Origin: Octopus vulgaris
Lineage: Eukaryota
NCBI GenBank assembly: GCA_951406725.2
Contig: OX597827.1
Coordinates: 48,732,001-48,796,000 of the forward strand
DNA length: 64,000 nucleotides
Direction: 5' to 3'
Position 1 is the first letter of the stretch; every line of letters starts with the position of its first letter. The translations under genes were made by a program, and so were the position numbers. The notes under the pieces were generated by a model. It saw only the letters and a program-made list of their open reading frames with translations. It did no database searches and was not told the DNA's origin. Below, piece by piece: positions 25,711 through 40,081 of this stretch.

Positions 25711-25795
25711 TGCAGTACGATCGTTTCACGCAACTCCTTTTAATTGAACTATGCAACTATTACATCAATTTAAATGCAGAGCAATCCCCAGCTGC
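25711..25795 (-). ncRNA. Degenerate type I hammerhead in a probable PLE pLTR fragment
   Basis: TGCAG-CTGGGA..GAAA-CGATCG-TA-CTGCA on minus. The core lacks one base relative to CTGANGA. Confidence 0.5.
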
Positions 25796-26015
25796 ACAAA
25801 GACATAGAATTTAATTAAATTAAAACAGATGGGCACATTGGTATAATTTTACGTAAAATCTCCAAGAAGCTAAGGAGATAGACAAAGAACATGCTGCCTT
25901 CACTTCAGCTTTGAAGCTACTAGTAGCTTCTAACTCCTCTTTCAAGTAAACAGGTGTATATTGTACCCTAACACAGACACACGCAAACACACACACACAC
26001 AAACACACACATACA

Positions 26016-26091
<76 letters not shown>

Positions 26092-26574
26092 TTTGTGGAC
26101 CCAGGAAAAACGAGCTTCCACCAACAATTCTGCCTATATATCTATGCACACCTTTCAATGCCGTGTATGCCATAAGGTCTGTAGATCTAACAGACATTTT
26201 AAGATTCAATAAGATCAGTATATATATATATACTCCCATATCTCGGTACTTCGGATTAAAAGAGAGGGAACATCGGTTCGATGAAGCAGATTGTCCGTAG
26301 GTACCGACACTAAGTTTACTTTGCGTTGGGAGTGGCTAATATAAACAATTGCATTACGAAAGACAGAGGAATAAACAGAGTACTGTGCTTTTAATGAAGC
26401 ACAATATCCAATTTGAAAGTGAAAAATACCTGTACACTGTAAATATACACTTATAATAAAGTGAGTTCAACATTTTTTAGATTTAATATCAGGTTCCAGA
26501 TTTTGTCCGCTGCTTCCGTATTCCGTTAAAGGTAGGTCCGTACTAACGACCTACCTTTAACCTATATACACCTG

Positions 26575-26652
<78 letters not shown>

Positions 26653-26671
26653 TGCGCGTGGGTGTGTGTAT

Positions 26672-27068
26672 ACTCTCTTTTACTCTTTTACTTGTTTCAG
26701 TCATTTGACTGTGGCCATGCTGGAGCACCGCCTTAAGTCGAGAAAATCGAACCTCGAACCTTTGTAAGCCTAGTACTTATTCTATCGGTCTCTTTTGCCG
26801 AACCGCTAAGTTACCGGGACGTAAACACACCAGCATCGGTTGTCAAGCGATGTTGGGGGGGGGGTGACAAACACAGACACACACACATACATATATATAT
26901 ACATATATCCGACGGGCTTCTTACAGTTTCGATCTACCAAATCCACTCACAAGGCTTTGGTCGGTCCGAGGCTATAGTAGAAGACACTTGCCCAAGGTGC
27001 CACGCAGTGGGGCTGAATCCGGAACCATGTGGTTGATAAGCAAGCTACTTACCACACTGCCACTCCTA
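26672..27068 (-). mobile_element. SINE family A, full length
   Basis: Reverse-complement homology to 22968-23457. Confidence 0.9.
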
Positions 27069-28032
27069 CAAGTCTGAAATTAAAGATGCGAAGTTGTGTC
27101 TTCACATGAAAATGATTTTTATATAGAAAAAATAATTATTGTGCAAGCTCTTTCAAAGTGTATTTCACCTGAATAAATATTAGTTTATTTTTGCACAAGA
27201 AATGTTATACCGAACAAAAAATAAAAAAAGATACAGTCGCATTTCACTAACTAGTTTACGCATTCTTTTGCAGCTTACGTCTAACGTTCGTTTGTCAATG
27301 CAATTTTTAGCATATGTGGTGGAATAAAATCGTGACATTAATTTTAAACAGAAATATCTTAGAGGTAATTTTCAGTGCAAGGGACGTAACTGTTAGTCTG
27401 CATGCGTTGTGTGTTTTTGTTTTGCCTTCATCTTGTTTTTATATAAAGCCACAACTTCTTGGTATTATTTTCCGGAAATTATATTTTGAATTAAACAGAA
27501 CAAAGAGAGTTTCTCTTTTATTCTGAGAGGAAGGATGTTTAATTTAGATATCAGATAAAAGTTTGAAGTAACGGATCTCTGTTTTGACGAAAAAGAGCTA
27601 ACTGCACCCAAAATGCGTTTGGTCAATGGCAACATTTTGTTTTTGATTCAGAATAAATGAATATAGACTGTGATGTATGCTAATTACTGCAGATTTTGGT
27701 TGGTATTTTTTTTTACTAAACTACATATCAGCATTGTTTCTTTGTTTTTCAGTGCCTGACTCGCCACATTAATCGAATGGGAAAACGGAATAGTTTTTTG
27801 TAAGACCTGTCTCCTAAATTTCATTATACATTGACTCAGGGAAATTTTCCCTATATATGCCTCCGGGATAATTGTCATACCTATTAGACTACTGTAGAGA
27901 GCTCTTGTCAACCTTTGCATGCTATAATTTACATGAAGTTGCTTTTAACATTTAAAGCACGACCCTCTTTGAAGTACAGTTCAGAGGTTCCGTATAGATA
28001 GCTTCATAGTCTACAGTTTGTCGGTGAAAAAG

Positions 28033-28180
28033 TGAGTTCAAATTCCGCCGAGGTCGACTTTGCCTTTCATCCTTTCGGGGTCGATAAATAAAGTACCTGT
28101 TGCGTACTGAGATTGATGTAATCGACTCGCCTGCTCCCTAAAAATATTTTCGAGTCTTATGCCTAGAGTAGAAAAGATTA
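28033..28180 (+). mobile_element. SINE family C (Meta-domain-like)
   Basis: GAGTTCAAATTCC B-box followed by GCCTTTCATCCTTTCGGGGTCGATAAA, which resembles the Sauria/MetaSINE central domain. Confidence 0.7.
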
Positions 28181-29233
28181 ACTCTCCTACCTCCTTCACA
28201 CTCTATTTCTCGCTCAACGAGCATCTATTGGTCTATCAATATTGTACGATAATTGTGTATCTTTTACGCTGAGGTTATATCCTTTGCCCATTGTATCCAC
28301 CAGTCTGTGTACCGCCTACACATTCTATTTCACACTGTCTGTGTACCGCCTACACATTCTATTTCACACTGTTTGTGTATGTTTTTCACATCTCTCATTT
28401 ATGTAACATTATCTGCCTATCTTTTTACCACTCCTTCTCCTGGTCTATTACATCCATTTCAGTATATCATCACAGTTGACAGTTTCACTTAATGAAGTTT
28501 TGTGTCTATTTGTTTCTCCGTATTTTTTTTTTTTGTTTTTATAATTTCACTTCTTCCTACAAGGAAGGAGAGCAAGTTCCTAACAAAGAAACAGACCTGT
28601 ATCGTTTATTTGGATAACAAAACCAATAAATGTTAAATGTTGAACTTTAAAAATTTATTGCGTATGTTTTTTTTTACTGTTCACTTTACAGACTGTATTT
28701 GTAAAGTGCATGTTAGCTAGTCTCTTTCTTTACGAGAAAAAAAAAATCTTTAGCTAATCCGGATTGTCATTTACTAGCATAACCAACTGCACCGAATAAT
28801 TATCAGTGTAAATGTCAATGTGGAATCAGCTTCGGGTTTTGAAGCATTTCTTCTTAACTAATACACGTTTCACTGACTTTTGAAAAACTGTTCACATCTG
28901 CAAGGCAGCTGCTTTCTACGTCTAATATCTTCTTTTTTCTTCTCTCAAGTTATCTTACTTGTTATTATTTACGTTTGCCAGAACTTTTGATGAGAATGTT
29001 TAACCAATATTCCACATGTTGATACTTATGTGTGTTTACTATCAAGAGCATTGCATTTGTTCCTCTCTTTCTATCTTTCTCTGCCTCCGTCTCTCTCTTT
29101 CTCTGTCTCTGTATCTCTCTTTTTCTCACTCTTATACATATATACATACACACACCCATATATATTTATATATCTACATCTAAATTTATTTACATATCTA
29201 TGTATATCTCTATCTATGTCTATATGCATACAA

Positions 29234-29420
29234 GGCGCAGCAATGGCTGTGTCGTAAGTAGCTTTCTTGCCAACCACATGATTCTGGGTTCTGTCCCATT
29301 GCGTGGCACCTTGGGCAAGTGTCTTCTACTATAGCATTGGGCCGACCAAAGTCTTGTGAGTGGATTTGGTAGACAGAAACTGAAAGAAACCCGTATATGT
29401 GTATATGTATATACACACAA

Positions 29421-29474
<54 letters not shown>

Positions 29475-29596
29475 GACGGGATTATTTCAGTTTCCATCTA
29501 CCAAATCCATTCACAATGCTTTGGTCGGCCCTAGGCTATAGTAGAAGACACTTGCCCAACGTGCAAAGCTACTTACCACACAGCCATTCCTGCGCC
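29234..29596. mobile_element. Two SINE-A 5' halves in inverted (convergent) orientation
   Basis: 29234-29395 on plus and 29473-29596 on minus, meeting at a microsatellite. Confidence 0.8.
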
Positions 29597-29655
29597 TACA
29601 CACACACACACACGCACACACACACACACACACACACAAGCATATATATATATAT

Positions 29656-29707
<52 letters not shown>

Positions 29708-31147
29708 CCCACCAGGTAATATTTTTCTTTTCTTTACTCATAATAACATTATACTACAATTAGAGGTAGCGCTTTGATGGCAAATTATTTTTCGGAGGGT
29801 TTGAAGCCGCTAATGACAGACGTTAGCGACGTTTATAACTAACTTATCTGTGTAGTTGTTCATCTAAACTGAATTACTGAACGTTTTCTTCAACAATTTT
29901 GCCGACTTAAGAAAGTCCACATCAGTAAGCGATTCCATATTTTTTACTGTTATAGTTAAAAGAAACACCCCCACACCAGCTTAGTATTAGACGAACCGGA
30001 TTGTAAAACTAATTCGAATTGTGTGAGATTTCGCTCTAACAATCATGGCAACAACGACAGTTATCTAAGACAGATTAACTTGTGAGTTATCTAAGACAGA
30101 TTAAGTATTCTTATCACTACATCTCTGTACTGAAATCTAGATGTACACTGGTGCTATGGAAAAGCTTCTAGAGAGCCAGTTATATGAAGTGGCTAAAACT
30201 ATTGAGGTAAAGCTTACTCAAATGTTCGTACAACACCTTTTCTGTGGTAACGAGGGAAAGAAAAGTCTTCTGTTCTCTATTAAATTCTACAAGATCCAAC
30301 TATATATCCTTTAAATTTCTAAAAGATCTGGCACCGCACATTTTTATTGTCTTAAATTTCATGATAATCTGTAGTGCGTGAAATAAGAATGTCAAGTCCG
30401 CAGCAGACTCCCACGAAAGAAGATAGTATTCATTTCTTTCTTCCTTCCTTTCTTTCTTTCATCCTTTTTTGCTTTATTTCTTCCCCTTTCTTTTTCTTTT
30501 TCTTTTTGTCATCTCAGAAATGCCATTTTGGTTATATTTTACGTTGCATTTATATTCTTATGTTCCAATAATCTACGTTTGATCCATCTATCTCAAATAT
30601 ATTTGTCTTTATTGGAGGCATTCTTTTTTTTTTTTACTTTCTCAAACTAATTCGAATTGTTCTGTCTCTCTCTGTTGTATCATTCCCACTTGGTAATAAT
30701 TGTCTGTCTTAACCTTTAGCTGTACACAACACACATTGATTGATGATTTTTCTCTTCTGTGTAGTAATAACTTCTCGATGGTTTCGTGCTCCAAGATTGC
30801 ATGTCAGTAACACTCAAAGTGAGATGTTACGAGCTTGTCAGTACTGCAAGCCAGTTTTTTGGTGAGATATATTCTCTCTATGGACTGATGTTTTCGGTGC
30901 AAGTAAAAAACATTCACCTTTCTGAGTAAACTTCTCTGTTTGTCGTTGTTGTTGTTGTTGATGTTGTTGTTTGTTGTTTTATATTAAGAGTTTTTTCCAA
31001 TTTTCCTTCGAAATAGATACGGATCATCCTTTATTAGGTGTCACTCATTAGCAATCGTAATTTTGTTTTTATTTTCCTGAACGCAAACACGTGATACTTG
31101 TGTGTGTGTGTGCATGCGTGTGGTGTGTTGGTGTGTGTGTGTGTGTG

Positions 31148-31186
<39 letters not shown>

Positions 31187-31399
31187 AATAAGAAAATGGA
31201 GAAACAATTTAGTTGTTTCATCAGCTTTCGGATATTAGAATGTTGACTTATTTATTTAACAAAGACGAGAACCTTAATAACCTACATATATACATTATAA
31301 TTCAATACATATAAGATAAGAATACAATTATAAAAATCTTAATATAAATTATTGAAATCATTAAACTCACTCTTATAACTGTTTCATATATATACATAT

Positions 31400-31504
<105 letters not shown>

Positions 31505-34500
31505 TAGATAGATATAGATAGATATAGATAGATAGATAGATATAGATAGATATAGATAGATAGATATAGATAGATAGATAGATAGATGATAGATAGATAG
31601 ATACACATACATGCATGTACGTTTTTATTCTTTTACTTGTTCCAGTTATTTGACTGCGGCAATGCTGGTGCACCACCTTGAGATGCGGTCATACTGGTGT
31701 ACTGCCTTGTAAACGTATATATGTAAGTTTGTGTGAGTAAGTGCATCTATGCAATTATTTTATGCATGCGCGCGCGTATGTATTAACGACACCAGATATT
31801 CTCATTTCTGATTGTTGTAGATAACATTAAAGGTGGATCTCTTTATCTATCTCCAGCTGTTTCCTTTTAGCGTACCGTGTGTTTTATAAGTTTCTCTTTC
31901 TGTGATTCTATTAGTTTTGAAGCCGTTGTGGTATTTTATTGCGTTTTTATCACTTTTTAGTTTGTTCGATAATTTGCAGGTGTGGTTTACAATGTTTTCC
32001 AGTTGTAATTGTATCTATTTCCATTGTGGTTTCAGGTGTCGTTGCTGCTTGTTTTGTTGTTGTGGTTGTTATGACAAATGGCACGTAGATCTGTTTGTTG
32101 GCATTCTCTCTTATCGAGAACTTCGTCTAGGCAACGTGTCGGCTCTGGAGAATGGATTGACCTGTCACGTCCATGCTTCACTGCTTCGAATTCTTCGAAT
32201 TTCCATCCCTCTGAATCACTTGCATCAATAAGAGAAAAATCAGACACAGGAAGGAAAGCAAGTAGATATGTATCGGTGCACATGTTTTTCTTACATTTTA
32301 GCTAGGACGTCCTTACGGCGCTCTCTTTGTCGTTCGTATCGACGTTAATCGTTCACAGCGTGTTGCGCTTTGCTATTTCTAGCCCCATTGATTGTTTCTG
32401 TAACTGTAGCATAGGCAGAAAATTGAGAAACAAAACCATTACCCTCTCACATTGCATCTCTATAATCTACATGGCGTCCAATACAGCTTCAGTTATTTCT
32501 GAACCTTCGCCAGAGTGTGGCTAACAATTTTTTTTTTCATATTGACTATATTTTACATTTTGAAATTTTTTATTCACTTTCTGGCCAAATTAAAAAATGG
32601 ATCATATAATTCATATGGATCAAGTAAAATACCATTTTTGTAAACCAGAGATTGTTCAGTCAAGGATTTTTATCTCAAGGCTGTCTTCTTTTTTCTTTTA
32701 CTTTACAGTGGAAAGAAAAAGTAGTGGTTTTTGGTGGTGGTGACGGGGATCAATATGTGTATTGCTTTTATATTGCAGTACCATGATATTGCTCTCTACG
32801 CATTGATAGGGCCCATGGTAAAACAGTGGCATTACTTGTAGTGGTGGTGGTCATGGTTGTGTTGGTCGTGGTCCTCGTAGTCGCTATCACTATCGTCGCA
32901 GCAGAGGGTTATGCAGTTGATGTGTTGCTCTTGTTGTTGTCAAACTCCGCTGGATTCGACCTCCGAACCTCAACTTTGATTGCAACTCGAAACTCTACAT
33001 TAGATTACCGCCCAGATTATATTGCCAACCCTATATTAGTAAACAAGTGTTCTTCAGTTTGAAGAAAGCAATATATGACAGAAAGAAGATTTGACTGTTA
33101 CTTTTAACATGTCGTCTGACTACCTGAATCTTCGCTCATTGGTTCGTTCTCAATCTCCTTTTTCTCACTATATAGGATTTACCTGCCACGCCCATTAATA
33201 CCCTTAATAATATCACACACATCGTTGTTTAATCGAACTTCAATTATAAAACTCATTGATTTCCCCTAGTGTCATACACTCATTTTATTTGTCGTAGTTC
33301 CCCGTCTACAATAACATCATTCTATGTTTTCTCCAAAGGTCTATCTACCTACTAATAAACAAAATAGAAGTTATTTACGAAGCATGAATGTTTGCCAAAG
33401 ACACCACACAGGCCTCCTTAAAATTGATTCCAACAGAAGAGATTTCCAGTTTACTCAAGCAGAATTCACAGGAGATCAATTATTGTAGCAAAAACAGGTT
33501 ATGAATCACGAAGTTTTATTAGCAAATGTAATAGAACTTAACCAAATCTATAATCATTATCATAATATCTCAGTTTCACTTGATAGCTGCTAAGGAGAAA
33601 GTAATAAAACTAAACTAAAGCGATGCATCATAAAAAAAGAAAATCTCTGATTATCTATCGATGTTTCAACCATCAAAACGATTGTAATGTATTTCATTTT
33701 CCTAAAAGGAACCAAGTTTGATATTCGCTTTCAATTTAATACATTCCTTTGACTAAAACGTCAACTATCATCGTGTTTGAATATTATTGAAAGTTAAACT
33801 TCACTAAATTTCCCATAAGGTAGAAATTAATGATACTTTCTTTGCTATTGGTTTCATAGTTTCCATAATTATAATAATAACAATAAGAATAACAATAATA
33901 ATAAAACAAGCAACAGCAAAAACAATAATAATGACGATGATGACGATGATAATGGTGGTGGTAGTGGTGGTGGCGGCGGCGGTGGCGGCATCGGCGGTAG
34001 TGATGATGATGATGGTTGTGGTGGTGATGATGATGGTGCTGGTGATGATGAGAAGAAGAAGAAGAAGAAGAAGAAGAAGAAGAAACGTGTTATCTGGGGA
34101 TTACTAAATTTTTACGAAGACAGCAAACGAATTTAAAATGCAAAAACAAAAAAAAGCTAAAAGACTGAAAATATAAAGCGTAGTTCTGAGAGATCGATGT
34201 AAGTGATTAACTGACACACTAGATATAAATAGCAATGCTTTTGTTTTGAAATTCTCGGAAGAATTTTCGAGTTTGTGGCATTGCTTAATTGGAACATAGC
34301 TGCATACAGCTAACTACTAACGAATACCGCAAATTTCTATTAACCCCTCAAAATAGACAAGAAGAAATAATTCTAGGAAACTAAGCAGAAACCCAGTGAT
34401 CAGAAATAAATATATGCTTGCAGATTTAATTAGACATTTGCTACAATTGGCTGCCGTACTGTTGGTGCAAAGTCGGTAAACCTAGCCACGAATTAAATAA

Positions 34501-35437
34501 CGAGAATTAAGTACTCCAAAAACAAAAACGCAATGGAACACAGCTGGTTACTTTTGAGCTTATCTGTATCTCTATGCCGATATACATTCATCTCTCTCTC
34601 CCTCTCTGCCCCGTCTCTTTCTCAGTGAATGCGTACAGGATTCTTGAGGGAACCTGTCCATAACTTTATGTCAATATCTCTCCATTTCCATCCAAATCGA
34701 GAGAGCCGAGTAGATTATTGCTGCCATTATAGATGCTTTTATTCTAAGATATTAACAAAATCCCTGCAGGACTATATAATTACTGCTTTAATTTATATAT
34801 TATGTATTAGCAAATAAAACTTGTGTTGACAGAATATACCGCAAATAATTGGCAATCATATGGCGTGACAGATATGTAAAATATCGATTACTCTTTAAGG
34901 CACCAATCTTCATTGTTTCGACTGCAGCATATTATTTTTATACATTATATTAAGCAGAGAAATTTGAAAAGTGAATTGAATCTTATTTTGAACAGGACAC
35001 GGAATTACATAGTTTAATAATGTCAAATTAAATGTCTAAATCTATACAATATTAAGCTGTTGAGGGGGAAATGGTGGAATATTAAAATAGTAAAAGGGCG
35101 GAAAATAATGGCGAAGTGAGTTATTTGTTTTATTCTGCATTCAGAGTTCAGGCCCCGCGAAGTTAACCTTTTGTTTTTATCCTTCTAGGATCTAAACAAA
35201 TCTGTGTCATTCAATTTCAGGGAACAGTTTTATCAACCAATCTCTATCACAATATGGTTGGCCTTGAATCTAAGTTTTAACTAAATACTATTATATTTTT
35301 ATAGAGCTGAGCGAACACATATTGTCAAGCAATTATTTGAATGCTTGAAATTTAGGCTTTTATTTAAATCCCGCCTTATTTCTATTTCACTTCTATTTAA
35401 ATCGTTAACTTAACACATGTATTTTAAATAAATAAAA

Positions 35438-35685
35438 GCGCCCTTTTAAAGCCTAGCCAGGCTCACAGGCCCGGTTTCCCCGGTTTCAATGGCGTATGTG
35501 ATCCCCAGCTGGACGGGACGCCAATCCATCGCAGCGTTACTCCTTTTTGCCAGATGATTGGACTGGAGCAACATGAAATGAAGTGTTTTGCTGAAGAACA
35601 CAACGCGTCACCCGGTCCAGGAATCGAAACTACAATCTTACGATCATGATGTTGATAACCTAACCACTAAGCCACGCGCCTCCAC
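35438..35685 (-). mobile_element. SINE related to family B (same tail, different head)
   Basis: GCGCCCTTTT..GGCGTATGTG.TCCCC.AGCTGGACGGGACGCC shared with 9799-9860. tRNA-like head GGAGGCGCGTGGCTTAGTGG on minus. Confidence 0.8.
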
Positions 35686-36323
35686 AATACCAGTATTTAC
35701 ACGTTTTAATCTACATGCAGTAGATTCGTGATCAAAAATATTACCGAAGTGACCATAGCATCAATTTGTGTAACTAACAATCATTGCAATGTTAGAAGAG
35801 TTGATTCTGTTTAAATGGGAAAATATGATGTAAAGGGATTTAGCTGCTCGTTTTAGGAGTCGCAGCAACCATATACATGACCCCTTGCTCGTTGAATACT
35901 AACCGTGATATACTAACCGTGTTATACTGAAATAAGTTCAAACGAAAGTGATGGTGAAGGACATTGCATGCGATAATTCTTATATTTTCATTTTTTACGT
36001 TTAAGCTTAAACAAAGCTAAAATAAATGTCATTAGCGTACGTTAATTTTTATCGATTATCATTTATTTCTTTATGCTATCGATTATTACTCGTTATTTGT
36101 GGTGCTCACACACTCACACACACACACACACACACACATACACACACACAAACATGTATATATGTATAACGTAAGCATTAAAAGCAAAATGAAAGAATAC
36201 AACACGAGAGGGAAAGTTTTAACAAATATTGTACTTGTTCAATGCTTAAAACAAAGAGGTAAACACCGAACGTTGCAGAATCTATACACACACACACACA
36301 CAGACGCACACATTTATATATAC

Positions 36324-36355
<32 letters not shown>

Positions 36356-36359
36356 ATAT

Positions 36360-36632
36360 GTGGAGGCGCAATGGCCTAGTGGTTAGGGAAGCGGACTCGC
36401 GGTCGTAGGATCGCGGTCTCGATTCCCAGACCGGGCGTTGTGAGTGTTTATTGAGCGAAAACACCTAAAAGCTCCACGAGGCTCCGGCAAGGGGTGGTGA
36501 TCCCTGCTGTACTCTTTCCGCACTCTTTCTTCTGTTGGCCAGTGGGGTGGCGTCATTCGAAGGATAAAACAATGCGAACGCATTGTGACCAGCAATGTGT
36601 AACTACATCTGATGGACTGGTCGGTCACGTGA
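36360..36632 (+). mobile_element. SINE family B head with a different 3' part
   Basis: GGAGGCGCAATGGCCTAGTGGTTAGG..TCGATTCCCAGACCGGGCG. Confidence 0.8.
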
Positions 36633-36968
36633 TGGTGATGTATATATATATGTATGTATATGTATATATATGTATATATATGTACGTATAGATATGTACG
36701 TATATATATGTATATGCTGGCCATTTCATAGGATCGTTATTTAATTCAAATCAACGATTTTATCCTTATTTATATAAATTTTAAATGTATTTCGTCATTG
36801 CATTTAATGCGGTGAATGTTTTAACCATATCGCACGGGGAGTTACGAAGCGGGCAATTTAAACTGGTCGTGTTAAATACGTGCATATATATGTATGTATA
36901 CTTTCGTATATGTAAGTATTCGTATAGTGTATGTATGTAGGTATATATTTATGCTATTTTCTGTGTAT

Positions 36969-37026
36969 ATTCCACTGACGAGGCAAGGCATTTTTTATGC
37001 AGAGCCAGAAATCCGGGATCTGGAAT
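36969..37026 (+). ncRNA. Type I hammerhead ribozyme (AUC site)
   Basis: ATTCCA-CTGACGA-GGC..GCC-A-GAAA-TCCGGGA-TC-TGGAAT, with a 6-bp stem I. Confidence 0.75.
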
Positions 37027-37268
37027 TACCCAGTAATTTTTGCTTGTTTTATTTTGTCTGTTTGTCTTCTCTGCAGGTGCTATATGAACATTTAATGTGG
37101 TTTAGAGTCAGATTCTGGCTGCTATTTTCAGCATGGCGGTATCTCATAGATACCCTCAATTTTCATAATAATTATTAAATTTGAAGGTTTTTATTCCCAT
37201 GTTGGCCACTTGATAAAATCGATATTTAATTTAAATTAACGATCTTATCCATTTTTATATATATATAT

Positions 37269-37307
<39 letters not shown>

Positions 37308-37309
<2 letters not shown>

Positions 37310-37718
37310 TTTTACTTGTTTACTGCGGCCATGCTGGAGTACCAACTTTAGTCGAGCAAATCAACCCCGGGACTTATTCTTTGTAAGCCCAGTACTTATT
37401 TTATCGGCCTCTTTTGCCGAACCGCTAAGTGACGGGGACATAAACACACCAGTATCGGTTGTCAAGCAATGGTAGGGGGACAAACACAGACACACAAACA
37501 CACACACATACACACACACATATATATATACATATATATACATATATACGACAGGCTTCTTTCAATTTCCATCTACAAAATCCACTCACAAGGCATTGGT
37601 CGGCCCGGGGCTATAGCAGAACACAAGATGCCACGCAGGGGGACTGAACCCGGTACCATGTGGTTGGTTAGCAAGCTACCCGGAACCATGTGGTTGGTTA
37701 GCAAGCCACTCCTGCGCC
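37308..37718 (-). mobile_element. SINE family A
   Basis: Reverse-complement homology, with a short internal duplication in the head. Confidence 0.88.
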
Positions 37719-38075
37719 TGTATATATGCGCCTATGTATATATATATATAGCATAGATAATATGTTTGTATGTATACACACACACACACGCACACACACA
37801 CATATATAAAATGCATTGTATATAAGAAAAACGACAGGTATAAATCATATAGCCTATACTGAGGGTACAACCAGACGGGAGGCAGACATAGATGGTCCCT
37901 AATTCTTCATCAGTTATCACCCAGGTAATATTACTCAGTTTTACACCATTAACGATTAAACTGACAACTTTCCATGCTGAGAGTGACTTCGAAAGTTGCG
38001 GAGAATATTGGGCCGAGAGTAAACAAAACAATACAGAGTGGATATACGAAAGTGAATAAATGTAGTTTAAGACGA

Positions 38076-38115
<40 letters not shown>

Positions 38116-38442
38116 TCAAATTCATGTATGTTTAGGCATATTTAAAGTGTATTTATCTGCTGTCATGGCCTTATACATATAGTAAAATATATGCATAGAT
38201 ATGGATGCACACACACATGTATATATACATACTCCGAATCGTGTATGTATAGACATATCTAAAATGTATTTATCTGTATTCATGGCTCTATACAAATGTA
38301 TGTGTATATATATGAGCGTCTTTGTATGTGTGCATTAAATACAGTCATATATGTATATTCACGCACACATGCATATCATAACTATCATACGTACGCAGGC
38401 ATATCATATACGAATATGTGTGTGCAAATATGTTTACACATT

Positions 38443-38530
<88 letters not shown>

Positions 38531-38579
38531 TGTATCTGTATATATATATGTATATATATATATATATATACACACAAAC

Positions 38580-38614
<35 letters not shown>

Positions 38615-39364
38615 CATACATATATTATAAGGAGAGATAGAATGAGGGCGAATGAAAGAATGGAGAGACTCTGTATGTTTGCGTCTGAGAATTATGATTG
38701 AAATTTATCTTATGCTATTTCAAGGGGTTGTGATTCGATAATAAACTAATAGCCATTCTGTAGAATGTAAAAACGTAAATCTGTACATTTATGTTTGAAT
38801 CATTGAATTAAAAAAAAAAAAAAGAAAAACTACAATAGCTCAATAACTCTCTTAAATTTTTCGCTGACAATGTTGAACATTAAATGGCTTTTAAAAAAGA
38901 TATTTATGACAATATTTACATAAATACATAGAAAAGACATTGACTACAAGAATATATGCATTGATTATTGTGTATGAAGAAGTGCCTGTATTCATGAGTG
39001 CCGCTAGTGGGTTTGGTATATAATACCACGTTAGTTCGAATCTGCTAAGCGGTTTTGCTTCCCACACCGTAGCTCTCTGCGTTCTGTTAAACGTTTCGAA
39101 TGTGCTTTGTAAAAGCTTGAACGTTACGACAATGAACCGGATTGTGAAACTTTATGCAGAGGCACCGTTTTCGAGAAGCGGAGAAGATCAGGCGAGCCGC
39201 ATTAAGAAAAACAAATTATAATATCAATTTTACATCATGTGTGCTATTCAGAAATTTCCATGATTGCTTTGTGCGATATGGTTTTAGTTACAATAAACAA
39301 CAGCTAATTCTTTGTCCGATCAAGTCCTGCTGTCTTCAAATTTTAGTCGAACGTGGCAGTAACA

Positions 39365-39422
<58 letters not shown>

Positions 39423-39439
39423 TACACACACACACACAT

Positions 39440-39502
<63 letters not shown>

Positions 39503-39583
39503 ATTTTTAAAGAAGACAGCAACAGGTAGGGCAAGGCAAACATCTCAAGTCACATACATTATAATTGGAAAAAAAAATTCAAA

Positions 39584-39639
39584 ATCTTAAAACTGTTTCA
39601 AGGATATCCCAGAGTATGAGGTATTCCGTCATCAGAGAC
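39584..39639 (-). ncRNA. Degenerate type I hammerhead
   Basis: GTCT-CTGATGA-CGGAATACC..GGATATCCTT-GAAA-CAGTTT-TA-AGAT. Stem III is broken. Confidence 0.55.
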
Positions 39640-39778
39640 AAATAGGGAAAATGAGAGGGACATAAATTTATGAAATCACGACATAGAGGACAGGAGTAAA
39701 GGAATAAGGAGATGAGGAAAGAGAAGAAAGAAGAATCATAAAATTTCGCAGTTCAAATTCCCGATCTTGCAGAAATAA

Positions 39779-39947
39779 GTTGCGGCGAAACAGTACAGCA
39801 GGGATCGCCACCATCCCCTGCCGGAGCCTCGTGGAGCTATAGGTGTTTTCGCTCAATAAACACTGACAACGCCCGGTCTGGGAATCGAAACCGCGATCCT
39901 ACGACCGCGGGTCCGCTGCCCTAACCACTGGGTCATTGCGCATCCAC
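39779..39947 (-). mobile_element. SINE family B, 5' part
   Basis: Reverse complement of 36360-36520. Confidence 0.85.
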
Positions 39948-40037
39948 ATATCGATATATATATCTATATAAATATATACCTACACATGCGCGCCCGCACA
40001 TCCACGTACATGCGCCTATAAGTCTCACCATTTCTAT

Positions 40038-40081
<44 letters not shown>

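Noticed and set aside
28303-28375. Short tandem duplications (34 bp here, 29 bp at 9170, 20 bp at 30059)
   Set aside because: Ordinary slippage duplications.
31860-32520. Possible minus-strand exons
   Set aside because: Stops in all frames or no recognisable protein.
39000-39053. tRNA-like fragment with GTTCGAATC
   Set aside because: No D arm or anticodon arm, at most a deleted relic.
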